From NCBI GenBank assembly GCA_015491865.1, contig WFVD01000008.1:138002-202001 (forward strand): a DNA stretch of 64,000 bases, written 5' to 3'. This DNA is from Gammaproteobacteria bacterium. Lineage in GTDB: Bacteria; Pseudomonadota; Gammaproteobacteria; SZUA-140. Both the position numbers and the translations under genes were made by a program. Positions within the stretch are counted from its first letter, which is position 1; each line of letters begins with the position of its first letter. Shown piece after piece: positions 33,259-43,085 of this stretch. The notes under the pieces were generated by a model. That model saw nothing but the letters and a program-made list of their open reading frames with translations, made no database searches and had not been told where the DNA came from.

Positions 33259-34274
33259 TATGCGGCAGCTTCTTTTATATTGGTTTTTATTGAAGTGTTG
33301 TGTGTCGCTTCTTCGAGTTGTTCAAAAAACTCGCGGGTCAGTGTCAGCTGCTGATCGATGCTGTCAACACGATTGACCGCCTGACGGAAAGCGCCACCGC
33401 CAGTCTGTCCTTTGCTGTACCAGGAGATATGTTTGCGTGCCATGCGTACGCCGATGTATTCACCATAAAAGTCATAGAGCCGTTCGAGGTGACCGAGCAT
33501 GATGGCGCTCACTTCACTCACTGTCGGTTCGGCAAGGTAGAGGCCAGTATCAAGATAGTGATTGATGGCGTTAAAGATCCACGGCCGTCCCTGCGCGGCG
33601 CGCCCAATCATCAAGGCATCGACACCGGTCTGTTCGAGTACATAGCGGGCCTTTTCGGGGCTGTTGATATCACCATTGGCGATAACCGGAATCTTAACCG
33701 CTTTTTTAATGTTGGCGATGGTTTCATATTCCGCCTCGCCGCGGTAGGCGCAGGCGCGGGTGCGGCCGTGTACTGCCAGCGCCTGGATGCCCGCCTGTTC
33801 TGCAATTCTGGCGATGGCGACGCCGTTGCGGTTTTCAGGGTCCCAGCCGGTGCGAATCTTGAGTGTCACCGGGATATCGACGGCGTTGACCACCGCATCA
33901 AGAATCTGTGCGACGCGCGTTTCATCCTGTAATAGCGCAGATCCAGCCATCACGTTGCAGACCTTTTTGGCAGGGCAACCCATGTTGATATCGACAATCT
34001 GCGCGCCGTTGTCGGCGTTGTGCCTTGCTGCCTGCGCCATCATGGCCGGGTCTGAGCCGGCGATCTGTACAGAGCGCGGCTCGGTCTCACCATCGTGATT
34101 GGCGCGGCGCAGCGTTTTTTTGCTGCCGTAGAGGAGCGAGTTAGAGGAGATCATCTCAGAGACCGCCATACCCGCACCGAACCGCTTGCAGAGCTGTCGA
34201 AAGGGGCGATCGGTGATCCCCGCCATCGGCGCGAGCATCAGATTACTGGATAGTTTGTATGGTCCGATTTGCAT
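33258..34274 (-). CDS. dusB: tRNA-dihydrouridine synthase B
   Basis: LAPMAGITDRPFR, DINMGCPAKKV, VHGRTR, IGRAAQGRPW; dusB-fis synteny. Confidence 0.97.
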   Translation of the reverse strand: MQIGPYKLSSNLMLAPMAGITDRPFRQLCKRFGAGMAVSEMISSNSLLYGSKKTLRRANHDGETEPRSVQIAGSDPAMMAQAARHNADNGAQIVDINMGCPAKKVCNVMAGSALLQDETRVAQILDAVVNAVDIPVTLKIRTGWDPENRNGVAIARIAEQAGIQALAVHGRTRACAYRGEAEYETIANIKKAVKIPVIANGDINSPEKARYVLEQTGVDALMIGRAAQGRPWIFNAINHYLDTGLYLAEPTVSEVSAIMLGHLERLYDFYGEYIGVRMARKHISWYSKGQTGGGAFRQAVNRVDSIDQQLTLTREFFEQLEEATHNTSIKTNIKEAAA

Positions 34275-34400
34275 GTTTTTGCGCAATATTTTTAATTTCC
34301 AGCACTTCGGCAGAGACCGAATTGGCTGAAAATGCAGAGTGCCACATGATACCTGCTCCGGGGTTGGGGATAAAGTAGAAGTTGTTGCTTTTTTAGACGA

Positions 34401-35135
34401 TTATTTGAACTCGAATTCGAAATTGACGGCCTGTTTATCGGGGGCGATCAGCTCCAGGGTGACGCTCAACGGTCTGCCTGCAGGGAATCCATCATCAATT
34501 TCAACCGCTTGCGATAGATATTCACGCGGCTGAAAGGTGCGACTGGCGAGTAGCTTGTGATTAATATCGAAAAAACTCAATTTTAACAGCGGGTAGGGCT
34601 GGGTGAAGCTGGCCCCGTTTTTCAGGGTGAGGCTGATTAATAGCGCCTCTGGAATAGTGGGGTGATCGCGCAGATCACGGTTGATGATGCTGATCTTGTC
34701 GGGGGCGTGTTGTAGTGAGAGTTTGCACTGAGTAACTGCACAAAACTGCTCCAGCCACGGGCGCAATACGGGGTAGCTCTGCGCCAGTTTGTCGCTCATA
34801 AAATAGCTCGCCTGGGCGAACAGTAGCGCGCATAGCAGCAGGCCAATTACCCCCCAGGTTATAGCAGAGCTGTTTGCCGGGGCAGTGGTGGAGTTGCCTT
34901 TATGGGGTTCGTTGAGTTGATAGCTCTCCGCAACTCCGTCATGGCCGAGGCGGTCAATCGATGAGATTTCCACAATCTCTGCCGCATCACAGCTACTTAG
35001 TGGGTGTTTAGAGAGGGTATAGAGTGCGTTGAAAATCTGATTACACTTTCCGCACTGCACCTTGCCGCCAGCGGCAGTGAGATCCTGATCGCTGATACTA
35101 AAATTGGTGCTACAGTTTGGGCATTGGGTAAACAT
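34401..35135 (-). CDS. Zinc-ribbon plus DUF3426 membrane protein
   Basis: MFTQCPNC...GKVQCGKC zinc ribbon, central TM helix, QPYPLLKLSF; usual position between prmA and dusB. Confidence 0.88.
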   Translation of the reverse strand: MFTQCPNCSTNFSISDQDLTAAGGKVQCGKCNQIFNALYTLSKHPLSSCDAAEIVEISSIDRLGHDGVAESYQLNEPHKGNSTTAPANSSAITWGVIGLLLCALLFAQASYFMSDKLAQSYPVLRPWLEQFCAVTQCKLSLQHAPDKISIINRDLRDHPTIPEALLISLTLKNGASFTQPYPLLKLSFFDINHKLLASRTFQPREYLSQAVEIDDGFPAGRPLSVTLELIAPDKQAVNFEFEFK

Positions 35136-35172
35136 TATCTCTGTTGCATCCCTGTGGTGGCCAGTCTATACA

Positions 35173-36072
35173 TTAATCAGTTTCGCTTGCTTTGCGTTTA
35201 GCAACAAGGCGCACCCAACCCTCTTTTTCAGTGGTGGGCTGGAACTCAAACCACGGTTCATATGTGCTGATGACCGACGCTGCCTGCTCACTTAATATTC
35301 CTGATAGCACGATGATGCCGTGATGTTTTACCCGTGTCGAGAAATAGTCGGCCAGCGTTATGATTGGGTTTGCCAGGATGTTGGCGAGTAGACAGTCTAC
35401 CGTTGATAGCCGATCAGTTGCCTCATCAGGCAGGGCGGTAGTTATCTGGTGGGCGACGCTGTTCTGAGCCGCATTGCTTCTGGTGGCGATGAGCGCCTGT
35501 GGATCAATGTCAATTGCCTCAATCGATGTGGCGCCGCTCATCGCTGCGCCAATCGCAAGAATGCCGGAGCCGCAGCCAAAATCGATCACACGCTTCCCGC
35601 TCAGATCATTCTGGTCGATCCACTCTAAACAGAGCGCGGTGGTGGGGTGAGTGCCGGTACCAAAGGCGAGGCCGGGATCGAGCATAATATTGAGCGCGTC
35701 AGGTTCCGGAGGGGTGGTTTCGGTGGGGCAGATCCAGAGGCGTTTACCGAAACGCATCGGTTTGAATTCATCCATCCAGAGGCGTTCCCACTGCTGCTCT
35801 TTTAGTTCAGTGATACGATAGGGTGGCAGCGTGGTAAACAGAGGGGCTTGCTGAATGGTGGCCAGTACATCGTCGAAATTGGTTGCTGCATTGAAGAGTC
35901 CGACTACGCAGGTGTGAGCCCACAGGTTGCTGGCGTCGGGTGCTGGCTCGTAGATTGGCGTGTCCGCACTATCCTTAAAGGTCACCGAGGCGGCACCGGC
36001 CTCGCTGAGTAGCTCGGAAAGGGGATCCACCTCAGCGGGGGAGACCTCAAATGTAAGTTCTTGCCACGACAT
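35173..36072 (-). CDS. prmA: Ribosomal protein L11 methyltransferase
   Basis: LDPGLAFGTGTHPTTALCL, DFGCGSGILA, ANILANP, LSGIL; alternative start 36084. Confidence 0.97.
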   Translation of the reverse strand: MSWQELTFEVSPAEVDPLSELLSEAGAASVTFKDSADTPIYEPAPDASNLWAHTCVVGLFNAATNFDDVLATIQQAPLFTTLPPYRITELKEQQWERLWMDEFKPMRFGKRLWICPTETTPPEPDALNIMLDPGLAFGTGTHPTTALCLEWIDQNDLSGKRVIDFGCGSGILAIGAAMSGATSIEAIDIDPQALIATRSNAAQNSVAHQITTALPDEATDRLSTVDCLLANILANPIITLADYFSTRVKHHGIIVLSGILSEQAASVISTYEPWFEFQPTTEKEGWVRLVAKRKASETD

Positions 36073-36164
36073 AATTTGCTTCATAATCTTGATGGTGTGA
36101 GAGCTTTTATTGTACGCGCATGAGCGCGATCAAGGCGAACCCGATTTATTTTGCGAGGTATAAA

Positions 36165-36437
36165 ATGAGTGAGCTTTTAACCCTTTTGATGGCGGTCTGT
36201 TTCCTGCTTACCGGCTGGTTTCTCTTTAAACATCCAAAGACGGTTCAGCAGTGGGTGATACAGCTGCAGCAGAAAAATCGGCTGGTAGCAGAGATGAATC
36301 CACTGCGAAATTGGATCGAAAAGCAGAGCTTTTTAGTTGTTGCGCAATTATTAGGCGCCCTCTGTCTGGTTAATACGGCGCTGCTGCTGGCGACGCTTTT
36401 TCTCCAGGCCGGGCAAAATAGAGGCGCTGGTTTTTGA
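36165..36437 (+). CDS. Small two-TM hypothetical protein
   Basis: GAGG RBS before ATG 36165 and two hydrophobic helices; no family recognised. Confidence 0.55.
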   Translation: MSELLTLLMAVCFLLTGWFLFKHPKTVQQWVIQLQQKNRLVAEMNPLRNWIEKQSFLVVAQLLGALCLVNTALLLATLFLQAGQNRGAGF

Positions 36438-36501
36438 TTTGAGTCCTGGAGTGAAAATGAAAACGCCTTTGATATTAGTCGGTTGGAGTAATATATATAG
36501 T

Positions 36502-36528
36502 TAAGGCAAAAACAGTAAACGCCGATAA
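36502..36528 (+). promoter_or_regulatory. Putative sigma-28 (FliA) promoter
   Basis: TAAGGCAA-N11-GCCGATAA with a perfect -10 box, in intergenic DNA upstream of the CDS at 36592. Confidence 0.65.
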
Positions 36529-36591
36529 CCATAAGTAAGAGTTGTTATCTTCGGGGTGCTCATGGCCCTGGTAGCGCAGGAGGCGTTTACG

Positions 36592-36945
36592 ATGAAAAAG
36601 AGAATCAACACATTTGCTGGATTGGCGTTGATGTTCCTGGCAGGAAATGTTCAGGCCCTCGATAGTCATGTGGTTGGTCTGGCTGAGAGCCATTGTTACG
36701 GGCAGGCGATGGTTGGAATGGATTCCGTCATTAACTCTCGCCTGGGTGTACCTGCCGAACATGCACTGGGACTCAGTCTGAACTCATCGCTTCACGTTGC
36801 GATGGGGGATGAGTACTCCACTAGTATGCTCAACACCATCCTTGCCGCTTATCTCTGGAACGACACCCCGCATAGTTACGCCATCAAGGTCTTCTATGCC
36901 TGTGCGGCCAGAAGCAGCGCGTTGCTACAGAGCGCGAGCAATTAA
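36592..36945 (+). CDS. Small secreted hypothetical protein with two Cys
   Basis: AGGAGG RBS, signal peptide MKKRINTFAGLALMFLAGNVQA, motifs HCYGQAM.G.DSVINSRLGVP and VFYACA. Confidence 0.75.
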   Translation: MKKRINTFAGLALMFLAGNVQALDSHVVGLAESHCYGQAMVGMDSVINSRLGVPAEHALGLSLNSSLHVAMGDEYSTSMLNTILAAYLWNDTPHSYAIKVFYACAARSSALLQSASN

Positions 36946-36967
36946 GCGACAGGTTGGCCATTTACTG

Positions 36968-37003
36968 AACAAACCCAGGCAGCGCAGGCTACCTGGGTTT
37001 GTT
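36968..37003. terminator. Hairpin between convergent genes, probable bidirectional terminator
   Basis: 12-bp inverted repeat aacaaacccagg / cctgggtttgtt. Confidence 0.65.
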
Positions 37004-37907
37004 AGGTTCCACCAGAGGCTTTAGACCTTTGTATTATGTTTCTGTGCAAAACTTCGCCCCATTCGTGGCTCATTAAGCCAGCTAGAATCATCCCGGTTCC
37101 AAGCCACACTTCGACCCCGACGCGCTCATTATTTAGAGCGTGACCAAGCAGGAGTGCCAGTACAGGGGTGATCAGCGTCAGCAATGTTGCGCGGCTCGCC
37201 GTCATATTTTTCAGTAGGTAGAAAAACAGCATAAAACCAGCCACAGAGCCAAATACCCCCAGGTAAACAGTTGCACTAAAGGCACGTATTGACAAGGTCA
37301 CCGGAAACTGGCCATCAAACAGCAGCCACGTCAGTGCGTAGAGCGGTATTGAACAAAGCAGTGCGCCGGTGGTGATCGCAATCGGTGATAGATTCGCATT
37401 GACTCGTTTCAGCCAGACGGTGCTGATCGCCGTTAAACCGATGGAGAGCAGCACGCCGCTTATCCCCCAGGCGGCCTTTTCACCCAATGAAAAACTGGCG
37501 CTGAAAACGACGGCAAGCCCAGCGATTGCCAGCAATAAACCGACAACTTTTGCCACCGTAAACTGACGCTCTCCGAGCCAGATCACAGACAGAACACCGG
37601 TCGCAATCGGTGTCAGACCAAATAGCACTGAGACTACGCCTGAAGGGATAAACTGCGCTCCCCAGTAGACGCAGAGCATCGCACCATAAATACTGAGTGC
37701 TGCGGCAAGGTAGGCCTGACGCGCCTTTTTATGCCACGGGAGTTCGATGTTCATCACGCTGACAATTAGCAGACACAACAGCGTTCCCAGCACCATTCTG
37801 CTGAAGACGCCAAATAGGAAGCCCTGCCCTTCACTGCTCCACTGAATGGCGAGCGGCGTGGTAGACCAGATGATAATAACGGCCGCAAAGGCGGCGGGGA
37901 GTTGCAT
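37002..37907 (-). CDS. DMT/EamA family transporter
   Basis: IIWSTTPLAIQWS, YWGAQFIPSGVVSVLFGLTP, YLGVFGSVAGF, about 10 TM helices; GGAG RBS before MQLPAAF. Confidence 0.92.
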   Translation of the reverse strand: MQLPAAFAAVIIIWSTTPLAIQWSSEGQGFLFGVFSRMVLGTLLCLLIVSVMNIELPWHKKARQAYLAAALSIYGAMLCVYWGAQFIPSGVVSVLFGLTPIATGVLSVIWLGERQFTVAKVVGLLLAIAGLAVVFSASFSLGEKAAWGISGVLLSIGLTAISTVWLKRVNANLSPIAITTGALLCSIPLYALTWLLFDGQFPVTLSIRAFSATVYLGVFGSVAGFMLFFYLLKNMTASRATLLTLITPVLALLLGHALNNERVGVEVWLGTGMILAGLMSHEWGEVLHRNIIQRSKASGGT

Positions 37908-37932
37908 GATGGTTGCTCCATAATTGCATGGT

Positions 37933-37977
37933 GTAAAACCAGAAAAGGCCGCGGAATTTTCATTCGGCGGCCTTTTC
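37933..37977 (-). terminator. Intrinsic terminator-like hairpin inside the 5' leader of the EamA gene (candidate attenuator)
   Basis: 11-bp stem gaaaaggccgc/gcggccttttc with a U-rich tail on the minus strand, ~35 nt before the ATG. Confidence 0.7.
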
Positions 37978-38005
37978 GGAAAACAGTTTGATGAGGTGAA
38001 TCGTG

Positions 38006-38110
38006 CTACATCAACTCCCCTGTTTGCAGGCTCGCGCGATGACGCATCACTCGCCATTCAGGCAGGCGGCGGGAAATAATAGAGAGCGGCTTGTTCGGGG
38101 TTCTGTTCAT
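38006..38110 (-). CDS. Putative leader peptide uORF, 34 aa (MNRTPNKPLSIISRRLPEWRVMRHRASLQTGELM)
   Basis: Read manually; lies between a promoter and the terminator hairpin, with its ATG at the predicted transcription start. Confidence 0.5.
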   Translation of the reverse strand: MNRTPNKPLSIISRRLPEWRVMRHRASLQTGELM

Positions 38111-38117
38111 GGTGCGC

Positions 38118-38146
38118 AGTCTGCCTGTGAAATTATTTGAAGTCAA
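38118..38146 (-). promoter_or_regulatory. Putative sigma-70 promoter for the uORF-EamA transcript
   Basis: TTGACT-N17-CAGACT, then 7 nt, then the uORF ATG. Confidence 0.55.
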
Positions 38147-38195
38147 CCGCTGCGGTTACTGGATGGATAAAGGTAGCGGGCGTGAACCTGGGTTG

Positions 38196-38873
38196 TTAGC
38201 GGCTGGCAGGTGAAAGCTGCGCCGCATTTTGAATGAGCGTAGCATGGCCGTCACGAAAGGCCGCCGCAAGCGCCTCTGCGGTGCGATCGGGTGCTTTTCT
38301 ACCGTCGCGGTCGATAAAGAGGTAGACCCCGGTTGTCGGGTTAACCCAGGTAAAGCGCGCCTTGAGCACGGGTTTGTCAGGATAGTGAAACTCAACCCAG
38401 CTCCCCTTTGGCAGGGTGTTGGCGAGATGGCTGTGCGGGTCTTTACTGCTTTGGGCGGTTGTAGTTGGCATCACTTCCTCCGTTGGGCTGGATTGATGGG
38501 GTGTGGTGGTTAGCTGTTCAATACTGGCGATGGTGGCTCGCGCAAAAAGAGCGGCTCGCTGTCGGTCGGGTTGTTGCTGAATCTCACTCTTGATCGCAGC
38601 CAGAAACTGCTTCTTGAAATCTCCTCTGATCTGGCTGCGACTGTTATAGACCGCCTGTAGCGCGGTGAAATAGAGGCGACGCAGCTCGTGGTCATCCGCC
38701 TGGTCAGCCATCTGATAGAGCGTCTCGCTGAGGCCGTCAATGGTGGTTAACAGATGTTCCGAAAAGCGCTCAGCGGCATCCAGGCACTGCTGTTGAAATG
38801 CTCGGCCAGATGTTGCTTGCTGAGCCGTCTGAGCGTTGTCTAAAGCGGTGGCGCTGGATCTTTCTGTGGTCAT
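38196..38873 (-). CDS. Short DUF1631-like protein (N- and C-terminal parts only)
   Basis: LYQMADQA...RRLYFTAL N-terminal pattern and GSWVEF...ARFTWVNPTTGVYLFIDRDG C-terminal pattern. Confidence 0.6.
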   Translation of the reverse strand: MTTERSSATALDNAQTAQQATSGRAFQQQCLDAAERFSEHLLTTIDGLSETLYQMADQADDHELRRLYFTALQAVYNSRSQIRGDFKKQFLAAIKSEIQQQPDRQRAALFARATIASIEQLTTTPHQSSPTEEVMPTTTAQSSKDPHSHLANTLPKGSWVEFHYPDKPVLKARFTWVNPTTGVYLFIDRDGRKAPDRTAEALAAAFRDGHATLIQNAAQLSPASR

Positions 38874-39044
38874 AATGTGAGTCCTGTAAAATGCAAAATT
38901 CCCTACTGATATAGCCATTTATAGCAGGATTTTTTCTCTTTTTTTGTGACTCCACACTCAATAATTCTGATTGATGAGCGATACCTTCAATATGTGCTGG
39001 TGAGGTGACAGGCAGTGACGCTACTATGAACCCTGGAGAAGAGT

Positions 39045-39941
39045 GTGAATGAATTGAATATGGTTGAAAATCAAGAAGATGAGATTCCGATAGAGATATC
39101 GGCACGCTGGCTTGGCGAAGTGTCAGGGCTGGTCTCCCCGCCGGATGTTTATGTGAAAGTGTTTGATCTGATGGAGTCCCCGACTGCGACAGCAGATGAT
39201 ATGGGGCTTGTTATCAGCCAGGATCCAAGTCTGACAGCGCGTCTGCTGAAGATTGTGAATAGCCCTTTTTATAACTTCAGTTCGCGGATCGATACGGTTT
39301 CACGCGCGATTGCGGTGATAGGGTTGCGTGAGCTTTATAGTCTGGTGGTAGCGGTATCGGCAGTGAAATCGTTTTCGGCCATCCCCAATGATGTGGTTAA
39401 TATGGACACCTTCTGGCGGCACAGTATCTACTGCGGGATTATCTCCCGTCTGCTGGCGAAGCGCTGTCATGTGCTCCACACCGAGCGTCTGTTTATTGCC
39501 GGTCTGTTGCATGATATTGGTAGCCTGGTGATCTACAATCGAGTACCCGATATTGCGAAGAAAATGCTGGAAAGTGCCAATGGGGATGAAGAGAGACTGT
39601 TCGCAGTTGAGCGGGAAGAGCTGGGGTTTACCCACGCCGATCTTGGTGGTGAGTTACTAAAACAGTGGTCGCTACCCGACAGCCTGCAGGAGGCGGTCGC
39701 CTTCCATCATCAGCCCGGGGCTGCCAAAGTAGCAGCAATGGAGGCGGCGATCGTACACATCGCCAACATACTGGCCAATCAATCTGAGCTGGGGGCGTTC
39801 TGTGAAGTGAAGGTACCAGAGACGGAGATCGATAGCGCTGCCTGGGCGGCGGCTGGCCTGAAAGAGGCGAGCTTTGATCGTGATGAAATAATCGGTGAAG
39901 CCGGTATTCAATTTGTTGAGACAGCCAGTCTCTTCTGGTAG
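39045..39941 (+). CDS. HDOD domain signal transduction protein
   Basis: QDPSLTARLLKIVNSPFY, FWRHS, GLLHDIG, THADLG, WSLP...AVAFHHQP. Confidence 0.95.
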   Translation: MNELNMVENQEDEIPIEISARWLGEVSGLVSPPDVYVKVFDLMESPTATADDMGLVISQDPSLTARLLKIVNSPFYNFSSRIDTVSRAIAVIGLRELYSLVVAVSAVKSFSAIPNDVVNMDTFWRHSIYCGIISRLLAKRCHVLHTERLFIAGLLHDIGSLVIYNRVPDIAKKMLESANGDEERLFAVEREELGFTHADLGGELLKQWSLPDSLQEAVAFHHQPGAAKVAAMEAAIVHIANILANQSELGAFCEVKVPETEIDSAAWAAAGLKEASFDRDEIIGEAGIQFVETASLFW

Positions 39942-40132
39942 TTCTCCCTTTTTCGGGAGCCTGTCGGGTCCTGGGTGAATATTCGATGCTCTGCATCAGG
40001 ATAGTCTTCCAATGCAACACTTTTCCCATGCTAGACTAAGCGGCGCACAGTGGTGCGCTTTCTGTTTTTATCGTTGAACTGGATGTAAGCAGTGGCACGC
40101 CATCTGTTTTAGATAGATAAAATTTATGAGTA

Positions 40133-41026
40133 GTGAGGATAGTTGTGAGAGTATCAAGAGCGGTTGGAATACCTTTGACAGCAGTAACGATGGTCGCGGT
40201 CACCTCGCCAGTGGTTGCCGCTGGTGTGATGGTCGAAAGCGTTAATAAACACCAGATGCACAGCAAGGTGAGCATAGAAGCGACGCGTGCGCGGATCGAT
40301 AGCGGCTCGGATGACAACTATCTATTGATGGACCTTGCAAGCGGTAAGACCTACACCGTCAACCACCTTGAAGGGGTGGTGATTGATCATGAATCTGCCG
40401 TTGCCACCAGCGAACATATCACCAGCGCGATTAAAGATCGCATGATGCCAAAGGTTGAGTTGCTAAAGCAGGGCGATGGCCCTGAGATCAACGGTTTTGC
40501 GACCGTGCATTACCGTGTGATGATTAATGACTCCATTCACTGTTCTGACGAATACCTCGCACCCGAGGCAGTTGAAGATGCGATGGTTAAAAATTTTGTG
40601 GCCGCCATGGCGCGTGGCTCCGACGGGGTTGATAACATCATCATGGCTTCACTGTTTGGGGATGAGCAGATGTGTGAAGCAGCGGCCGATATCGTTGATG
40701 ATGAGTATGCCGACAAAGGTTTGCCAATGCGTTCGGTTGATCCGCAAGGGATGGTGACTCATGAAATCACCTCAATTACCGCTCCAGTGAATTTTGCTGT
40801 TGAAGATATGACACTGCCAGCCAGTTATGAGCTGCTTAGTCGCGCGCAGATGCGTGAACGTCTCAGTGAGCGCGCCAAGGAGTTGCAGAAGCAGATCGAT
40901 GCGCTGCCCGAGATCGACATGGACGAGGTAATGCAGCAGGTGATGAAACAGCAGCGTGAGATGCAGCAGCAGATGAAGGACGCTGCCGCTGATCTAAAGC
41001 AGAAGTTAAAGACAGGCTTCGAGTAA
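40133..41026 (+). CDS. Secreted hypothetical protein (DUF4412-like) with a Gln/Met-rich coiled-coil tail
   Basis: Signal-like N-terminus, G.G.EINGFATVHYRV motif, GLPMRS, helical C-terminus; family call is tentative. Confidence 0.6.
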   Translation: MRIVVRVSRAVGIPLTAVTMVAVTSPVVAAGVMVESVNKHQMHSKVSIEATRARIDSGSDDNYLLMDLASGKTYTVNHLEGVVIDHESAVATSEHITSAIKDRMMPKVELLKQGDGPEINGFATVHYRVMINDSIHCSDEYLAPEAVEDAMVKNFVAAMARGSDGVDNIIMASLFGDEQMCEAAADIVDDEYADKGLPMRSVDPQGMVTHEITSITAPVNFAVEDMTLPASYELLSRAQMRERLSERAKELQKQIDALPEIDMDEVMQQVMKQQREMQQQMKDAAADLKQKLKTGFE

Positions 41027-41041
41027 TCTCACTCTGTGCTG

Positions 41042-42244
41042 TCACCCCTTTACTGGAGTGACCTGCTTCGCCGCACGGTTTGCACGATATCGCGCATCGC
41101 TGGCGCTATCACCATAGGCCAGTGCGACCCCCATGCGGCGTTGCGTAAACGCTTCCGGTTTGCCAAATAGCCGCAACTCACACTGTGGATCCTGTAGCGC
41201 CGCATCGACCCCTTCAAAAGCGATAGCGCCCTCATTCATTGCGCCATAGATCACCGCACTGGCGGCAGCGGTCACGCTCATCCCAACTGAGACAGGTAAG
41301 CCAAGAATCGCACGTGCATGCAGCTCAAACTCATTTTGATGCTGGCTGCTCATCGTCACCATGCCGGTGTCGTGCGGGCGCGGACTCACTTCGCTAAACC
41401 ACACCTGGTCGCCTTTAATAAAGAGCTCAACCCCAAAGAGACCGCGCCCACCAAGATTACCCGTCACCGCAGCGGCAATCTCCTGCGCACGCTGTAGTGC
41501 CGCAGGGCTCATCGCCTGAGGTTGCCAGCTTTCAACATAGTCCCCGTTGATCTGGCGATGACCAATTGGCGCGCAAAAATGTGTTTCGATCTCGCCACTA
41601 CGGCTGCGTGCGCGTAGTGTCAGCAGTGTGATCTCAAAATCGAACTCAATCATCTCCTCAACAATCACACGCCCGCCCTTAATGCGCCCGCCACTCATCG
41701 CATCGTCCCACGCTTTTTCTATCTCTTCCGGCTCATTGATGGTCGATTGCCCTTTGCCCGACGATGAGATCACCGGTTTTACAATACAGGGGTAGCCCAC
41801 GCCGCCATCGATTGCCATGCGCAGTTCATTAAGCGTCTCTGCAAAGGCGTAACGGGATGTGGGCAGATTGAGCGCTTCTGCTGCCAGTTTGCGAATGCCT
41901 TCACGGTTCATAGTGAGTTGCGTCGCGCGTGCAGTGGGGATCACTTCTGCGATGCCGTCCGCTTCGACCTGCGCCAGCGCATCGGTCGCAATCGCCTCGA
42001 TTTCCGGTACGATGATGTGTGGCTTTTCCTGTTCGATCAATCTCCGCAACGCCAGTGGATCTGCCATGTTGATGACATGGGCGTGGTGCGCGACCTGCTG
42101 CCCCGGTGCATTCTGGTAGCGATCCACCGCAATCGTTTCCACCCCCAGGCGCTGCAGCGCAATGATCACCTCTTTACCAAGTTCGCCGCTACCAAGTAGC
42201 ATGATGCGCGTTGCAGAGGGAGATAGTGGCGTGCCAATTTTCAT
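41042..42244 (-). CDS. purT: Formate-dependent phosphoribosylglycinamide formyltransferase
   Basis: [44 protein letters not shown]...RRMGVALA. Confidence 0.98.
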   Translation of the reverse strand: MKIGTPLSPSATRIMLLGSGELGKEVIIALQRLGVETIAVDRYQNAPGQQVAHHAHVINMADPLALRRLIEQEKPHIIVPEIEAIATDALAQVEADGIAEVIPTARATQLTMNREGIRKLAAEALNLPTSRYAFAETLNELRMAIDGGVGYPCIVKPVISSSGKGQSTINEPEEIEKAWDDAMSGGRIKGGRVIVEEMIEFDFEITLLTLRARSRSGEIETHFCAPIGHRQINGDYVESWQPQAMSPAALQRAQEIAAAVTGNLGGRGLFGVELFIKGDQVWFSEVSPRPHDTGMVTMSSQHQNEFELHARAILGLPVSVGMSVTAAASAVIYGAMNEGAIAFEGVDAALQDPQCELRLFGKPEAFTQRRMGVALAYGDSASDARYRANRAAKQVTPVKG

Positions 42245-42404
42245 GTTTACTCTTCCCAGTGTGGATGGTTCGCTAAGCTGTGAATGATGTCATTGTGAGC
42301 AGGGTGGTGCAATCCCCCGTTTTCCACTGTCAATGGAACTCTTCAGCCGTTACAATGCGCGCAACTTAATTTATTAGCATCAGCAAGATCGCGTGGAGGT
42401 CGAA

Positions 42405-42923
42405 ATGGTTATTTTTTCAACATCGCATGGTGACATCACCATTGAAATGTTCCCTGATGAAGCACCAGTTACGGTTGAGAATTTTCTGCAATATGTTGAC
42501 GATGGCTATTTCGATGGCACTATCTTCCATCGTGTGATTCCCGGTTTCATGTTACAGGGCGGTGGTTTTACTGCGGAGATGGAGCAGAAGGAGACTCGCG
42601 GAGAGATTAAAAACGAGGCCGATAACGGACTGAAAAACGAACGTGGCACCCTCTCGATGGCGCGTACCGCAGTCGTTGATAGCGCGACCTCTCAGTTTTT
42701 TCTTAACCTTGTTGATAACGACTTCCTTGATCACGGCAGTCGTGATTTTGGTTATGCAGTTTTTGCCAAAGTGGTGGATGGCATGGATGTCGCGGATGAG
42801 ATTGCAAAGGTAGAAACCGGAAATAAAAACGGACATCAGAATGTACCGCTTGAGCCGGTGGTGATTAACCGGGCGTATCGTGTGGATGTGGTCTCCGATG
42901 AATGCAGTGATGACGGCTGTTAA
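42405..42923 (+). CDS. Cyclophilin-type peptidyl-prolyl isomerase (PpiA/PpiB family)
   Basis: [44 protein letters not shown]. Confidence 0.96.
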   Translation: MVIFSTSHGDITIEMFPDEAPVTVENFLQYVDDGYFDGTIFHRVIPGFMLQGGGFTAEMEQKETRGEIKNEADNGLKNERGTLSMARTAVVDSATSQFFLNLVDNDFLDHGSRDFGYAVFAKVVDGMDVADEIAKVETGNKNGHQNVPLEPVVINRAYRVDVVSDECSDDGC

Positions 42924-42955
42924 TTTGACAACGAGTTAGAGCAGTCGAGTGTTAG

Positions 42956-42981
42956 AAAGGCGCCTTAATGGCGCTTTTTTT
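42956..42981 (+). terminator. Rho-independent terminator after the PPIase gene
   Basis: aaggcgcc-ttaat-ggcgc hairpin followed by a run of T. Confidence 0.85.
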
Positions 42982-43023
42982 ATGGGTGATATTCGGGAGG
43001 CTGTCGCTGAGCTGATGCGCCTC

Positions 43024-43050
43024 TTAAGTTAACCCTGCTTTAGACGATAG
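43024..43050 (+). promoter_or_regulatory. Putative sigma-28 promoter
   Basis: TTAAGTTA-N11-GACGATAG, 35 bp upstream of the CheX-like gene. Confidence 0.5.
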
Positions 43051-43085
43051 ATGATTATCGGATAACCCATAGTAGTGCTGCTCAT

